NCBI GenBank assembly: GCA_964594835.1
Contig: CAZQNA010000002.1
Span: 32,001 to 96,000 of the forward strand
DNA: 64,000 nt
Source: an uncultured Nitrososphaerota archaeon
Lineage (GTDB): Archaea; Korarchaeota; Korarchaeia; Korarchaeales; Korarchaeaceae
Direction: 5' to 3'
In this document: piece by piece, positions 1-9,085 of the stretch
How positions within the stretch are numbered: the stretch's first letter is position 1
How the letters are laid out: each line of letters opens with the position of its first letter
Program-made: the position numbers and the translations under genes
The notes under the pieces: model-generated
The model's database searches: none
What the model was told of the DNA's origin: nothing
Seen by the model: only the letters and a program-made list of their open reading frames with translations

Positions 1-744
1 GCCCGGTCTCGAGGCTACGACGAGATCCAGACCCTTGAGTTCGTCGCGTCCTTCGTCCAGCACATCCCCTACAACCTGGAGAAGGACGTCATCATGGCCT
101 CTGGCGAGTACCCCAGGTTCCCGATGGAGACCCTGATGGACTACGGCGGCGACTGCGAGGACCACGCGATACTTCTGGCAACCCTGTACATGGAGATGGG
201 GTACGACGTGGCCCTGGTGATAGTCTGGGGGAAGCCCGGATTTCCCCTCGGGCACATGGGGGTGGCGGTGGCCCTGGACTCCGGGAGGGGGCTCTCCTGG
301 GAGGTGGGGGGGAAGACATACTACTACATCGACGCGACCCAGCCGAGCCTCCGGCTGGGGGAGCCTCTACTGCCGGAGTACCTGGACTACGAGCACCCGA
401 TCTTCCTCTTTCCGCGGCTGGAGAGCGTCCCCATGCCCGTCCTGGTCAGGAACAGGGTCGGGGTCATATGGCAGTCCTCCACGGGCGTGGCCACGGTTGT
501 CGTGACGGTCGCGAACTTCGGGCAGGGCTGGGCGAACCTCACGGTGACCGCCGGGGTCCCAATAATGGGGGGCAGGTACCTGAACAGCTCCACCCTGAGC
601 CTGGACGCCCCCCCGGCCAGCGTGGCCGTGCTGACCCTGACATTCCAGGGGCCGCACAGGTCGGCCGTCAGGCTGGAGGTCAGGATGGGGGACAGGCTCG
701 TGGACAGGATAGCGAGCCTCCCGATCGTCGGGGAGCGGCCCTGA
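1..744 (+). CDS. Transglutaminase-like cysteine protease domain protein (5'-truncated by window edge)
   Basis: Frame is open from base 1 (..FVQHIPY..EYPRFPMETL..GGDCED..GHMGVAV..YYYIDAT). Cys-His-Asp triad pattern, followed by a beta-rich C-terminal domain. Confidence 0.8.
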   Translation, partial: ARSRGYDEIQTLEFVASFVQHIPYNLEKDVIMASGEYPRFPMETLMDYGGDCEDHAILLATLYMEMGYDVALVIVWGKPGFPLGHMGVAVALDSGRGLSWEVGGKTYYYIDATQPSLRLGEPLLPEYLDYEHPIFLFPRLESVPMPVLVRNRVGVIWQSSTGVATVVVTVANFGQGWANLTVTAGVPIMGGRYLNSSTLSLDAPPASVAVLTLTFQGPHRSAVRLEVRMGDRLVDRIASLPIVGERP

Positions 745-792
745 CCTGACCCTCCTCAACCTTTATACCCCCTGCGGGCCCCGAGCCGAGGT

Positions 793-1722
793 ATGCCCGC
801 CCGGGTGGCGAACCTAGGGAGGCTCCACGTGGAGATGTTCGGGACGCTGGCCCTGCTGATAGGACTCGCCACGCTGGCCTTCGCGGCGCTGACGAGGTTC
901 GTCAACCCAGTGGGGGCCGTGATCCTGGCCCTGGCGTTCAACGTCCTCATGTGGCTCGCATCTCCCCGGCTGATCGAGCTGATGTACCGGGCCAGGGAGC
1001 TGAAGCCATCAGAGGCCCCCTGGCTCCACGAGGCCCTCGAGAGGATAGCGAGGGAGAGCGGCGTGAGGAAGCCCAGGCTCATGCTGGTCCCCCTCGGGCT
1101 GCCCAACGCTTTCGCGTACGGCACGCCGATCTCGGGCTACAGGGTGGCGGTGACCGAGGGGCTCCTCTCCGACCTCCCGCCCGAGGAGGTCGAGGCGGTC
1201 CTGGCCCACGAGGTCGGCCACATCGCCCACGGGGACATGCAGGTCATGATGGTGGCCTCCACCATTCCGGCGGTCTTCTACCACCTCGGGAGGGCGCTCT
1301 ACTACTCCTCTTACCTCGGGGAGAGGGATGAGGGGGGACAGCTCGCCCTGGCGGGCGGCCTGGCCCTCGCCCTGGCCACCGTCCTGTGGCTCCTTTCCCT
1401 CAGGCTCAGCAGGCTCCGGGAGTTCTACGCCGACGCGCACGCCGCTGCCGTCGTCCCGGGAGGGGCCAGGAAGCTGCAGAACGCCCTGGTGAGGATAGCG
1501 GCCCGCTCCAATCCCGGGCTCGGGGCTAGGGTGGCTCAGGCGAGGCCGCTCTTCATCTCCGACCCCATGATGCCGCCGGTGGACCCGGCCGAGCTGAAGA
1601 GGGCCCTGATGGAGAGGAGGCCGACCGTGTCCGAGAGGGTCCTGGGGGTGTTCTCCACCCACCCGAATCTGGTGGACAGGCTCAGGGTGCTGGAGGACAT
1701 AGCCAAGCAGCTGGGCCAGTAG
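793..1722 (+). CDS. htpX: HtpX-like M48 zinc metalloprotease
   Basis: PNAFAYG, LAHEVGH (HExxH), SRLREFYAD and STHP motifs; N-terminal TM segments. Confidence 0.9.
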   Translation: MPARVANLGRLHVEMFGTLALLIGLATLAFAALTRFVNPVGAVILALAFNVLMWLASPRLIELMYRARELKPSEAPWLHEALERIARESGVRKPRLMLVPLGLPNAFAYGTPISGYRVAVTEGLLSDLPPEEVEAVLAHEVGHIAHGDMQVMMVASTIPAVFYHLGRALYYSSYLGERDEGGQLALAGGLALALATVLWLLSLRLSRLREFYADAHAAAVVPGGARKLQNALVRIAARSNPGLGARVAQARPLFISDPMMPPVDPAELKRALMERRPTVSERVLGVFSTHPNLVDRLRVLEDIAKQLGQ

Positions 1723-1809
1723 CCGAGCTCGCCAAGAGGCCGAGATCCGCCCGCTTCAAAGGACAACCTATATTGTTCCGGCCCCACCCGGCGACTGGCG
1801 GAGAGATCG

Positions 1810-2436
1810 GTGGTCCGGAAGGTCGACCTCGCGAGGGAGCACCCCGAGTACTACTCAGCCGGACCTGAGCCCGAGGTCGTCGAGATCGGGGAGGCCCAGT
1901 ACCTGACCATCGGGGGTACAGGTCTCCCGGGATCTCCCGAGTTCCAGGAGAAGCTCAGGGCCCTATACTCGCTTGCCTACGCCGTCAAATCCGTCTGCAA
2001 GGCCAGGGGCATGGACTTCGTCGTCCCGAAGCTCGAGGGCCTCTGGGAGATAGAGTCGGGACGCCCCCCGTCAGAGGCACTCCCGGAGGAGTGGAGGTGG
2101 AAGCTCCTCATCCGCATGCCCGACTTCGTCTCTCGGGAGGTGATCGAGGAGGCCAGGTCGAGGGTCCAGGGCAAGGGGGTGGAGGGGGCGGGGGAGGTGA
2201 GGTTCGAGAGGATGAGGGAGGGGAGGTGCGTACAGGTCCTGCACGTGGGCCCCTACAGCGCGGAGGGCGAGACCTTGGAAAGGCTGAGGAGATTCGCCGA
2301 GGAGAGGGGCCTCGACCTCGTGGGACCCCACCATGAGATCTATCTGTCCGACCCCAGGAGGACGCCCGAGGACAGGCTCAGGACCATAGTGAGGTATCCG
2401 GTCAGGGCCCGGTCTCGCCCCTCAGCCAGGTCTTAG
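1810..2436 (+). CDS. GyrI-like small-molecule-binding domain protein
   Basis: LEGLW, W..LIRMPDF, Q.LHVGPY..E and HHEIYLSDPRRT motifs. Confidence 0.85.
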   Translation: MVRKVDLAREHPEYYSAGPEPEVVEIGEAQYLTIGGTGLPGSPEFQEKLRALYSLAYAVKSVCKARGMDFVVPKLEGLWEIESGRPPSEALPEEWRWKLLIRMPDFVSREVIEEARSRVQGKGVEGAGEVRFERMREGRCVQVLHVGPYSAEGETLERLRRFAEERGLDLVGPHHEIYLSDPRRTPEDRLRTIVRYPVRARSRPSARS

Positions 2437-2441
2437 ACCCC

Positions 2442-3953
2442 CTACAGGTACTCGGGAACCCTCCTGAGCAGCATGCCCTCGACGGTGACCGGCCTGAGCC
2501 TCGTCGCAGCCTCGTAGGCCTCAGTGAGCTTGGACTCCCTCTCAGCGAAGATCTCAAGGAGGACGTCCCCCCTCCTCACCTTGTACCCCTGCTTGGCGTG
2601 GAGAAGGACGCCGGCCCCCTTCTCGCTGGGAGCCCCCGCGAGTCTGGCGATGGTCGCAATCGATGCGTTGTCCACGCCGGTCACGTATCCGTCGGCGGGG
2701 GCCTTTAGCTGGACCCTGTACTCCCCGACTGAGATGTCCTCCGGCTTCACCTTCGGGTCGCCGCCCTGGGCCTCTATTATCTCCCTCATCTTCTTCAGGG
2801 CCCTCCCGGTCCTGAGGGCCTCCTTCGCCGCCTCCTGCCCCGTCCCCCGGGGCGCGACCCCCGAGAGCTCGAGCAGGAGGCCTGCCAGGCTCGTGGACTT
2901 CTCTATCAGGCTGGCCGGACCGCCGCCCATGAGCGCCTCCATCGCCTCCCTGGCCTCGAGGGCCGGGCCGACCGCGTGGCCGACCGGCTGGCCCCCGTAG
3001 GTTATGCCGCACTGGACCCTGACGTCGAACCTCCGGCCCAGCTCGACGAACTGGCTGGCTAGCCTCTCGGCCTCTGCGAGCGTCTCCACCTTCGCCCCCC
3101 TGCCCGTGGGAATGTCCATCACGAGCCCCCTTATGCCCACGGCCAGCTTCTTGGAGAATATGCTGGCGAGCATCTGGCTCGGGGGGTCGATGGCCAGGGG
3201 GTGCTCCACCCTGATGAATATGTCGTCGACGGGGGCGAGGCCGAGCTTCCCTCCCCACACTATGCACCCCCCGGCCCTGAGCGCTATCTCCCGGTACTCC
3301 TCCACCCCGAACTCCACGTCCGCCAGCACCTCCATGGTGTCCGCTGTGCCCGCCGGGCTCGTTATGGCCCTGCTGCTCGTCTTCGGGATGAACACGCCGA
3401 GGGAGGCTGCTATGGGGACTATCAGGAGGCTGACCTTGTTCCCGGGCACCCCGCCTATGGAGTGCTTCTCGTAGACCGGCCTACCGAAGTCCACCGTGGA
3501 GCCGGCCTCCACCATGGCCTTCGTCAGGGCCTCCACCTCGTCCATGCCCATTCCCCTGAACTCCTGGGAGAGCAGGAAGGCGGCAATCTCGAGCTCGCCC
3601 AGCTCGTAGTTCGCCACGTCCATCACTATCGACCTGATCTCCTCGGGTGTGAGGGCTTCCCCCCTCATCTTCTTCCGTATGGCCTCGAAGGACTTCGGCC
3701 TCCCGGCGAGGGCCACCGAGACCTCTCCCCCGTTCGAGAGCCCGAGGGCGTTCCTCAGCTCGAGCGAGACCACGGCCTCCCCCGGACTTATCATCCCCTC
3801 GACGATCGAGAGCATGGCCGTCGCGCCCCGACCGTCGAGGCTGACCCTGACCCTGTCGTAGGCCCTGAGGCCGGCCGACCTGGCGTCCTGGGACGACATG
3901 ACTATCATCCGCCTGCCGGCCGGCAGGTACTGGGGCCTCACCTTCACCCTCAT
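2442..3953 (-). CDS. deoA: AMP phosphorylase (archaeal thymidine phosphorylase family)
   Basis: KHSIGGVPGNK and KTSSRAITSPAGTAD motifs. The ATG at 3953 (MRVKV) gives 503 aa; the upstream extension in the ORF track is antisense to the next gene. Confidence 0.92.
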   Translation of the reverse strand: MRVKVRPQYLPAGRRMIVMSSQDARSAGLRAYDRVRVSLDGRGATAMLSIVEGMISPGEAVVSLELRNALGLSNGGEVSVALAGRPKSFEAIRKKMRGEALTPEEIRSIVMDVANYELGELEIAAFLLSQEFRGMGMDEVEALTKAMVEAGSTVDFGRPVYEKHSIGGVPGNKVSLLIVPIAASLGVFIPKTSSRAITSPAGTADTMEVLADVEFGVEEYREIALRAGGCIVWGGKLGLAPVDDIFIRVEHPLAIDPPSQMLASIFSKKLAVGIRGLVMDIPTGRGAKVETLAEAERLASQFVELGRRFDVRVQCGITYGGQPVGHAVGPALEAREAMEALMGGGPASLIEKSTSLAGLLLELSGVAPRGTGQEAAKEALRTGRALKKMREIIEAQGGDPKVKPEDISVGEYRVQLKAPADGYVTGVDNASIATIARLAGAPSEKGAGVLLHAKQGYKVRRGDVLLEIFAERESKLTEAYEAATRLRPVTVEGMLLRRVPEYL

Positions 3954-4022
3954 TGATCCCGGCATCTCGAGGCGCGGAGGCGGCCGCGCCAAATATAACT
4001 GGCCCAGGGCCCGCGGAGGCGG

Positions 4023-5093
4023 GTGAGACGTCTGAGGTACAGGGCGCTCGCCTACCACGCCCCTCCCCTCCACTCCTCCCAGCCTCCCGCGGGACGCCTG
4101 GAGAACAAGGTCAGATCCGTCTTTTCCAGGGCGGGGGAGTCGGTCTGGACCAGGAGGGTGGTCCTGCCCCTGGGTAGGTGGGGCGAGAGGCTGGAGGCTC
4201 TGGAGAAGCTGGAGTCGACCTTCAGGAGGGCCGGAGGACAGTATCTGGCGGTGCCCATTCCCCTTAAGGAGCTTCCCCGCCTGAGGGACCTCCTGTCCGT
4301 CTCCGACGGGATCTTCGTGGGCGTCGAGGTCCCGGAGCCGGATCCCTCCCTGGCCCCCAGGCTTGTGGAGGCCCTTGAGAAGGTGTACCGGGAGATGGGA
4401 CCCGCTCACCTGACGAGGCTGGCGTTTGGCCTCGGCGGCCTCGTCGAGACTGCCTACTTCCCGGCCACGCGCTCAGCGGGCGAGGGGGTGAGCCTCAGCC
4501 TCCTCCACGTGGGGGACCTGGTCGAGGCCGCGAGGGAGGGGTCCTGGGGGAGTGTAGCGTCCAGGATCCGGGAGAGCGTGGCGGAGGCCGAGGGGTTCGG
4601 GAGGGTGGTGGCCGAGGCTGTCGGGGGGGCGTTCAGGGGCGTGGACCCGTCCATCTCTCCTTGGATGGAGGAGTCCGTGGCGGAGCTCGTCGAGACCCTG
4701 TCAGGCTCAGAGTTCGGGGGGCCGGGGACCTACGAGGCGATATGGCGCCTCAACTCCGAGCTGGCCGGGCTGGGGGGTCGGCACGCCGTCTGCGGGTTCT
4801 CCGAGGTGATGCTCCCCGTCGCCGAGGACAACAGGCTCAAGGAGCTGGTGGCCGATGGGAGGCTCCGCCTCCGCGACCTGGTGGGGCTCTCGATGGTCTG
4901 CGCCGCGGGGGTGGACATGGTTGCGATCCCCCTGGCCCAGGGTCGGGACGTCCTCCGGGCGGTCGCCGACATCCTCTCGGCGGCGGCCGCGAAGGGGAGG
5001 CCGTTTGGGCTCAGGCTCATCCTCGCGGAGGGGAGGCCGGGGGACTGGGTCGAGCTGGACCGGTTCGGATCCGTCCCGATCGCCCGCCTGTGA
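4023..5093 (+). CDS. DUF711-family protein
   Basis: T.YFPA, GVDPSISPW, GFSEVMLPVAED and VCAAGVDMVAIP motifs. Confidence 0.8.
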   Translation: MRRLRYRALAYHAPPLHSSQPPAGRLENKVRSVFSRAGESVWTRRVVLPLGRWGERLEALEKLESTFRRAGGQYLAVPIPLKELPRLRDLLSVSDGIFVGVEVPEPDPSLAPRLVEALEKVYREMGPAHLTRLAFGLGGLVETAYFPATRSAGEGVSLSLLHVGDLVEAAREGSWGSVASRIRESVAEAEGFGRVVAEAVGGAFRGVDPSISPWMEESVAELVETLSGSEFGGPGTYEAIWRLNSELAGLGGRHAVCGFSEVMLPVAEDNRLKELVADGRLRLRDLVGLSMVCAAGVDMVAIPLAQGRDVLRAVADILSAAAAKGRPFGLRLILAEGRPGDWVELDRFGSVPIARL

Positions 5094-5100
5094 CCCGACC

Positions 5101-6096
5101 CTATCCTCCCTTTGAGTAGAGGTGGCACGCCACGAGGTGGTCTGGCCCGACCTCGACCATCTCCGGCTCGCGCTCCCTGCACACGTCGCTGGCCTCGGGG
5201 CACCTGGGGTGGAACCTGCACCCCGGCGGGATGTCGATGGCGGAGGGTATCTCCCCCTTGAGCTCCACGGGGGCCATCCTCCTGGTGGGGTCTGGCACCG
5301 GCACCGCCGCCAGCAGGGCCCTGGTGTAGGGGTGCGCCGGGTTCCTGAACACCTCCCTGACGGGCCCCACCTCCACCACCTTGCCTAGGTACATGACGGC
5401 TATCCTGCTGGAGATGTACTTGGCGACGGCCAGGTCGTGGGTGATGAACAGGTAGGAGAGGCTGAACTCCTCCTTGAGGTCCATCATTAGCTCGAGTATC
5501 GACGCCCTGAGGGAGACGTCTATGGACGATACGGGCTCGTCCGCCACTATGAACTCGGGCCTGGTGATGACCGCCCTCGCTATGGCCACCCTCTGCCTCT
5601 GGCCCCCGGAGAGCTGGGCCGGGAACCTGTCGTAGAACTCCTCGGCCGGGACCAGGCCCACCCTCTCCAGCATCTCCAGGACCATCTTCCTCCTCTCGTC
5701 CCCCTCCGCCATGCCGTGTATCTCGAGCGGGTGGCCTATGGCCTCCCCCACCCTCATCCTGGGGTTCAGGGAGGCGTAGGGGTCCTGGTAGATTATCTGC
5801 ATCCTCCTCCTGAGCCTCCTCAGCTCCTCCCCCCTGAGGTCGGTGATATCCTCCCCGTCGAAGTAGATCCTGCCCTCGGTCGGGTCTATCAGCCTGAGGA
5901 TGAGCTTCCCCGTCGTGCTCTTGCCGCTCCCGGTCTCCCCGACGAGGGAGAGGACCTCCCCCCTCCTTATGCCGAACGTCACCCCGTCGACGGCCCTGAC
6001 GAACCTCCTCCTCCGGGTCAGGAGCCTCTCCACGAAGCCCCTCTCTACCGGGAAGTACTTCTTCAGCCCCTCGACCCTGACAAGCTCCTCGCTCAT
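5101..6096 (-). CDS. Oligopeptide/dipeptide ABC ATP-binding subunit (OppF/DppF-like)
   Basis: [21 protein letters not shown] and C-terminal GCRFHPRCP. Start at MSEELVR. Confidence 0.93.
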   Translation of the reverse strand: MSEELVRVEGLKKYFPVERGFVERLLTRRRRFVRAVDGVTFGIRRGEVLSLVGETGSGKSTTGKLILRLIDPTEGRIYFDGEDITDLRGEELRRLRRRMQIIYQDPYASLNPRMRVGEAIGHPLEIHGMAEGDERRKMVLEMLERVGLVPAEEFYDRFPAQLSGGQRQRVAIARAVITRPEFIVADEPVSSIDVSLRASILELMMDLKEEFSLSYLFITHDLAVAKYISSRIAVMYLGKVVEVGPVREVFRNPAHPYTRALLAAVPVPDPTRRMAPVELKGEIPSAIDIPPGCRFHPRCPEASDVCREREPEMVEVGPDHLVACHLYSKGG

Positions 6097-7091
6097 CCTC
6101 CCTCCCCCCCTCCTCCGGCCCCCCTCGAACCTGCCGAGGCGTAGAGGTGGCACCTCACGAACCTCCCGTCAACCTCGACCGTGGCGGGCTCCTCCTTGTC
6201 GCAGGGCTCGAACCTCCTGGGGCACCTGGGGTGGAACCTGCACCCGAGGGGCGGGGCCCTCAGGTCGGGCGGGGAGCCGGGTATGGAGACCAGCCTCTGG
6301 TCCTCCAGCTCGACGTTGGGTATGGCCTTGAGGAGCTCGGCCGTGTAGGGGTTGAGCGGGTCTCTGGCCATCACCACCGAGGGGGAGTACTCCACGACCC
6401 ACCCGCCGTACATCACGGCTATCCTGTCGGCCACCTGCATCTCCAGCGCCATGTCGTGCGTGATGAGTATCACGCTCATCCCCATGCTCCTCTGGAGTTC
6501 CCTGAATAGGTGCAGGATCTGGGCCTGGACTATGACGTCCAGAGCCGTGGTGGGCTCGTCCGCTATGAGGAGGTCCGGCTTGAGCGCTATCGCCGAGGCT
6601 ATCATGACCCTCTGCCTCATCCCGCCGCTGAACTGGTGGGGGTAGTCGTCGTACCTGTCGCTGGGTATTCCCACGGCCTCGAGGAGCTCCTCGGCCCTCC
6701 TCCGGGCCTCAGACTTGGTGACGTCCTCGTGGGCCAGGATGGTCTCCGCTATCTGATCCCCCACCTTCATGAGGGGGTCGAGGGAGGTCATGGGGTCCTG
6801 GAAGACCATGCCGATCCTCCTCCCCCTGATCTCGCGCATCCTGTCCTCGCTGAGCTCGGTGAGGTCCAGGCCGTCGAACAGTATCCTCCCCTCGACTATC
6901 TTCCCGGGGGGAGGGATCAGCCTCGGGATGGCCAGGCCCAGGGTGCTCTTCCCGCTCCCGGACTCTCCCACCAGGCCGACCAGCTCCCCCTTCCTTATCT
7001 CCAGGTCGACCCCGTCGACGGCCCTCACGACGCCCCCGGCTGTGAAGTAGTGGACCTTCAGCCCCTCTATCCTCAGGAGTTCGTCGCCCAT
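6093..7091 (-). CDS. Oligopeptide/dipeptide ABC ATP-binding subunit (OppD/DppD-like)
   Basis: GESGSGKST, FSGGMRQR, ADEPTTALD and CRFHPRC. Confidence 0.93.
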   Translation of the reverse strand: MGDELLRIEGLKVHYFTAGGVVRAVDGVDLEIRKGELVGLVGESGSGKSTLGLAIPRLIPPPGKIVEGRILFDGLDLTELSEDRMREIRGRRIGMVFQDPMTSLDPLMKVGDQIAETILAHEDVTKSEARRRAEELLEAVGIPSDRYDDYPHQFSGGMRQRVMIASAIALKPDLLIADEPTTALDVIVQAQILHLFRELQRSMGMSVILITHDMALEMQVADRIAVMYGGWVVEYSPSVVMARDPLNPYTAELLKAIPNVELEDQRLVSIPGSPPDLRAPPLGCRFHPRCPRRFEPCDKEEPATVEVDGRFVRCHLYASAGSRGAGGGGEGG

Positions 7092-7094
7092 CTC

Positions 7095-7961
7095 TCACGC
7101 CTCCCTCGGGTTCAGGATCGCGTCGAGCCCCTCGCCTAGCAGGCTGAACCCCACGCAGAGGAGGATTATCATGAGTCCCGGAAAGGTGACGAGCCACCAG
7201 TAGCCGGAGAGGAAGTACCTCTGGCCGTTCCTCATGTCGAACCCCCAGTCCGGAGTGGGGGACGGGACGCTCAGCCCGAGGAAGCTCAGGCCGGCCTCGG
7301 TCAGGACCGCGTCCGCCACGTTTAGGGAGAAGACCACCAGTATCGTGGGCAGGACGTTGGGCAGGAGGTACCTCCTGAGGATCGTCCGGTCCCTCGCCCC
7401 CAGGGCCCTGGCCGCCTCGACGAAGGTCCTCTCCTTGAGGCTCAGCACCTCCCCCCTGACCATCCTGAAGTAGGTCGGCATGTAGACCACCGCTATCGAT
7501 ATGGCCGTGTTGTAGACCCCTGGCCCGAGCATTGCAGCCACGGCTATCGCCAGTATGAGCCCGGGGAAGGCGTATATGCTGTCCATCACCAGCGAGAGGG
7601 CCCTGTCGAACACCCCTCCCCTGTACCCGGAGAGGAGACCCAGCGGCACGCCCACGGAGAGCGAGATGAGCGTGGACAGCGAGACCACGGTGAGCATCGT
7701 CCTGGACCCGTGGAGGACCCTGCTGAAGACGTCCCTCCCCAGCGAGTCGGTCCCCAGCGGGTGGCCCCTGGAGGGCGGCAGGATCGGCCTGTCCGCTATC
7801 TCTATGGGGTCGTAGGGGGAGAGGACGTCGGCGAAGATTGCCATCCCTATGACCAGCAGCACTATCGCGAGCCCGACCCCGAGCATGAGCCTCTCTATCC
7901 CCCTGGCCCTTCCCAGGGTCGCCAGTCGGCCCCTCGCGAACCGCTCGATGACCCCAGACAT
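7095..7961 (-). CDS. Peptide ABC permease (OppC/DppC-like)
   Basis: HPLGTDSLGRD, EAARALGA loop, multiple TM helices. Confidence 0.92.
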   Translation of the reverse strand: MSGVIERFARGRLATLGRARGIERLMLGVGLAIVLLVIGMAIFADVLSPYDPIEIADRPILPPSRGHPLGTDSLGRDVFSRVLHGSRTMLTVVSLSTLISLSVGVPLGLLSGYRGGVFDRALSLVMDSIYAFPGLILAIAVAAMLGPGVYNTAISIAVVYMPTYFRMVRGEVLSLKERTFVEAARALGARDRTILRRYLLPNVLPTILVVFSLNVADAVLTEAGLSFLGLSVPSPTPDWGFDMRNGQRYFLSGYWWLVTFPGLMIILLCVGFSLLGEGLDAILNPREA

Positions 7962-7975
7962 CGCCCGACCCTCCC

Positions 7976-8989
7976 TCAGTACCTGATCCTCGGGTCGATG
8001 TACGCGTAGATCAGGTCGACCACGAGGCTCACCAGGGCCACGAAGAGGGCGTAGAACACTATGGTCCCCTGGACCGTGGTGAAGTCCCTGTAGATTATCC
8101 TCTCCATGAGGAAGGTCCCCATCCCCGGCCAGGAGAAGGTGGTCTCCGTCAGGACCGCGCCGGCGAGCAGGAGCGCGAACTGGAGGCCCATCATGGTCAG
8201 GATGGGTATGAAGGCGTTCTTCAGGGCGTGCCTGAAGAGGACGACCCGCTCCGACACCCCCCTAGACCTGGCGGCCCGGATGAAGTCCTGCGCCAGGACC
8301 TCGCTGAGGCTCGACCTGACCAGCCTGGTGTACACGCCCGAGAGCACCACTCCCAGCGTCAGAGACGGGAGCGTCAGGTACTTCAGGGCGCTGGCCAGGC
8401 TGCTCCAGTTGAGTGTGAGGATGGAGTCGAGCACGTAGAGGCCCGTTATGTGCTCGGGCTCCATCATGGGCCCTATCCTTCCCCCGATGGGGAACCAGCC
8501 CAGCTTGACCCCGAAGATGTACTGGAGCATCATGCCCAGCCACGGTATGAAGAGGGCGTAGACCACGATGCTGTAGACCCTCATGGCCAGGTCCCACCCG
8601 CTCCCCCTCCTGAGACCGGCCACGGTCCCCGTGGCTATCCCCAGGAGGACGCTCACCGCGAAGCCGGACACGGTCAGCTCGACGGTGGCCGGGAAGTGAT
8701 CCATGATCTCGTCGATGACCGGCCTCCTGCCCCATATCATCGAGTTGCCCAGGTCCCCCCGCAGCACCTGGCCCAGGTAGTCCAGGTACTGCCTCCAGAG
8801 GGGCTTGTCCAGGCCCAGCTGATGCATCAGCTGCCTGATCTGCTCCTCGGACGCCTTCATCCCGACCATGGCGAGGACCGGATTCCCGGGGAGGACCCTC
8901 ATGACCAAGAAGACGACGGTCAGCAGGATGAAGATCATGGGGATCGTGAGGAGCACCCTCGTCAGGACGTAAGCCCTCAGCGAGGCCAA
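7976..8989 (-). CDS. Peptide ABC permease (OppB/DppB-like)
   Basis: GLDKPL..QY, GDLG.S and ARSRG..E motifs. TTG start at 8989 inferred. Confidence 0.92.
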   Translation of the reverse strand: MASLRAYVLTRVLLTIPMIFILLTVVFLVMRVLPGNPVLAMVGMKASEEQIRQLMHQLGLDKPLWRQYLDYLGQVLRGDLGNSMIWGRRPVIDEIMDHFPATVELTVSGFAVSVLLGIATGTVAGLRRGSGWDLAMRVYSIVVYALFIPWLGMMLQYIFGVKLGWFPIGGRIGPMMEPEHITGLYVLDSILTLNWSSLASALKYLTLPSLTLGVVLSGVYTRLVRSSLSEVLAQDFIRAARSRGVSERVVLFRHALKNAFIPILTMMGLQFALLLAGAVLTETTFSWPGMGTFLMERIIYRDFTTVQGTIVFYALFVALVSLVVDLIYAYIDPRIRY

Positions 8990-9020
8990 CTGACCACCGC
9001 CCGTGGGGCTCGCCTTCACC

Positions 9021-9072
9021 CTAAAAAGGTAAATCTCCGCGAGGCCCCGGTTCGACGGGGGTCAGAAAAAAG
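9021..9072 (-). terminator. Putative intra-operon terminator/attenuator after the substrate-binding gene
   Basis: T7 tract on the minus strand (9066-9072) shortly after the SBP stop, a GC hairpin (CCCCG/CGGGG, 9045-9060) and a second T5 tract. Confidence 0.45.
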
Positions 9073-9085
9073 GAGGGGTGGGGGG

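Noticed and set aside
3954-4409. N-terminal extensions of AMP phosphorylase and similar ORF-track 'fusions' (34941-37619, 37768-39348, 40280-42022, 50886-52316)
   Set aside because: The extensions overlap neighbouring real genes; family homology begins at internal starts.
9040-9066. GGTTCGA T-loop-like motif in a hairpin
   Set aside because: No acceptor, D or anticodon arms can be built; better explained as a terminator-region hairpin.
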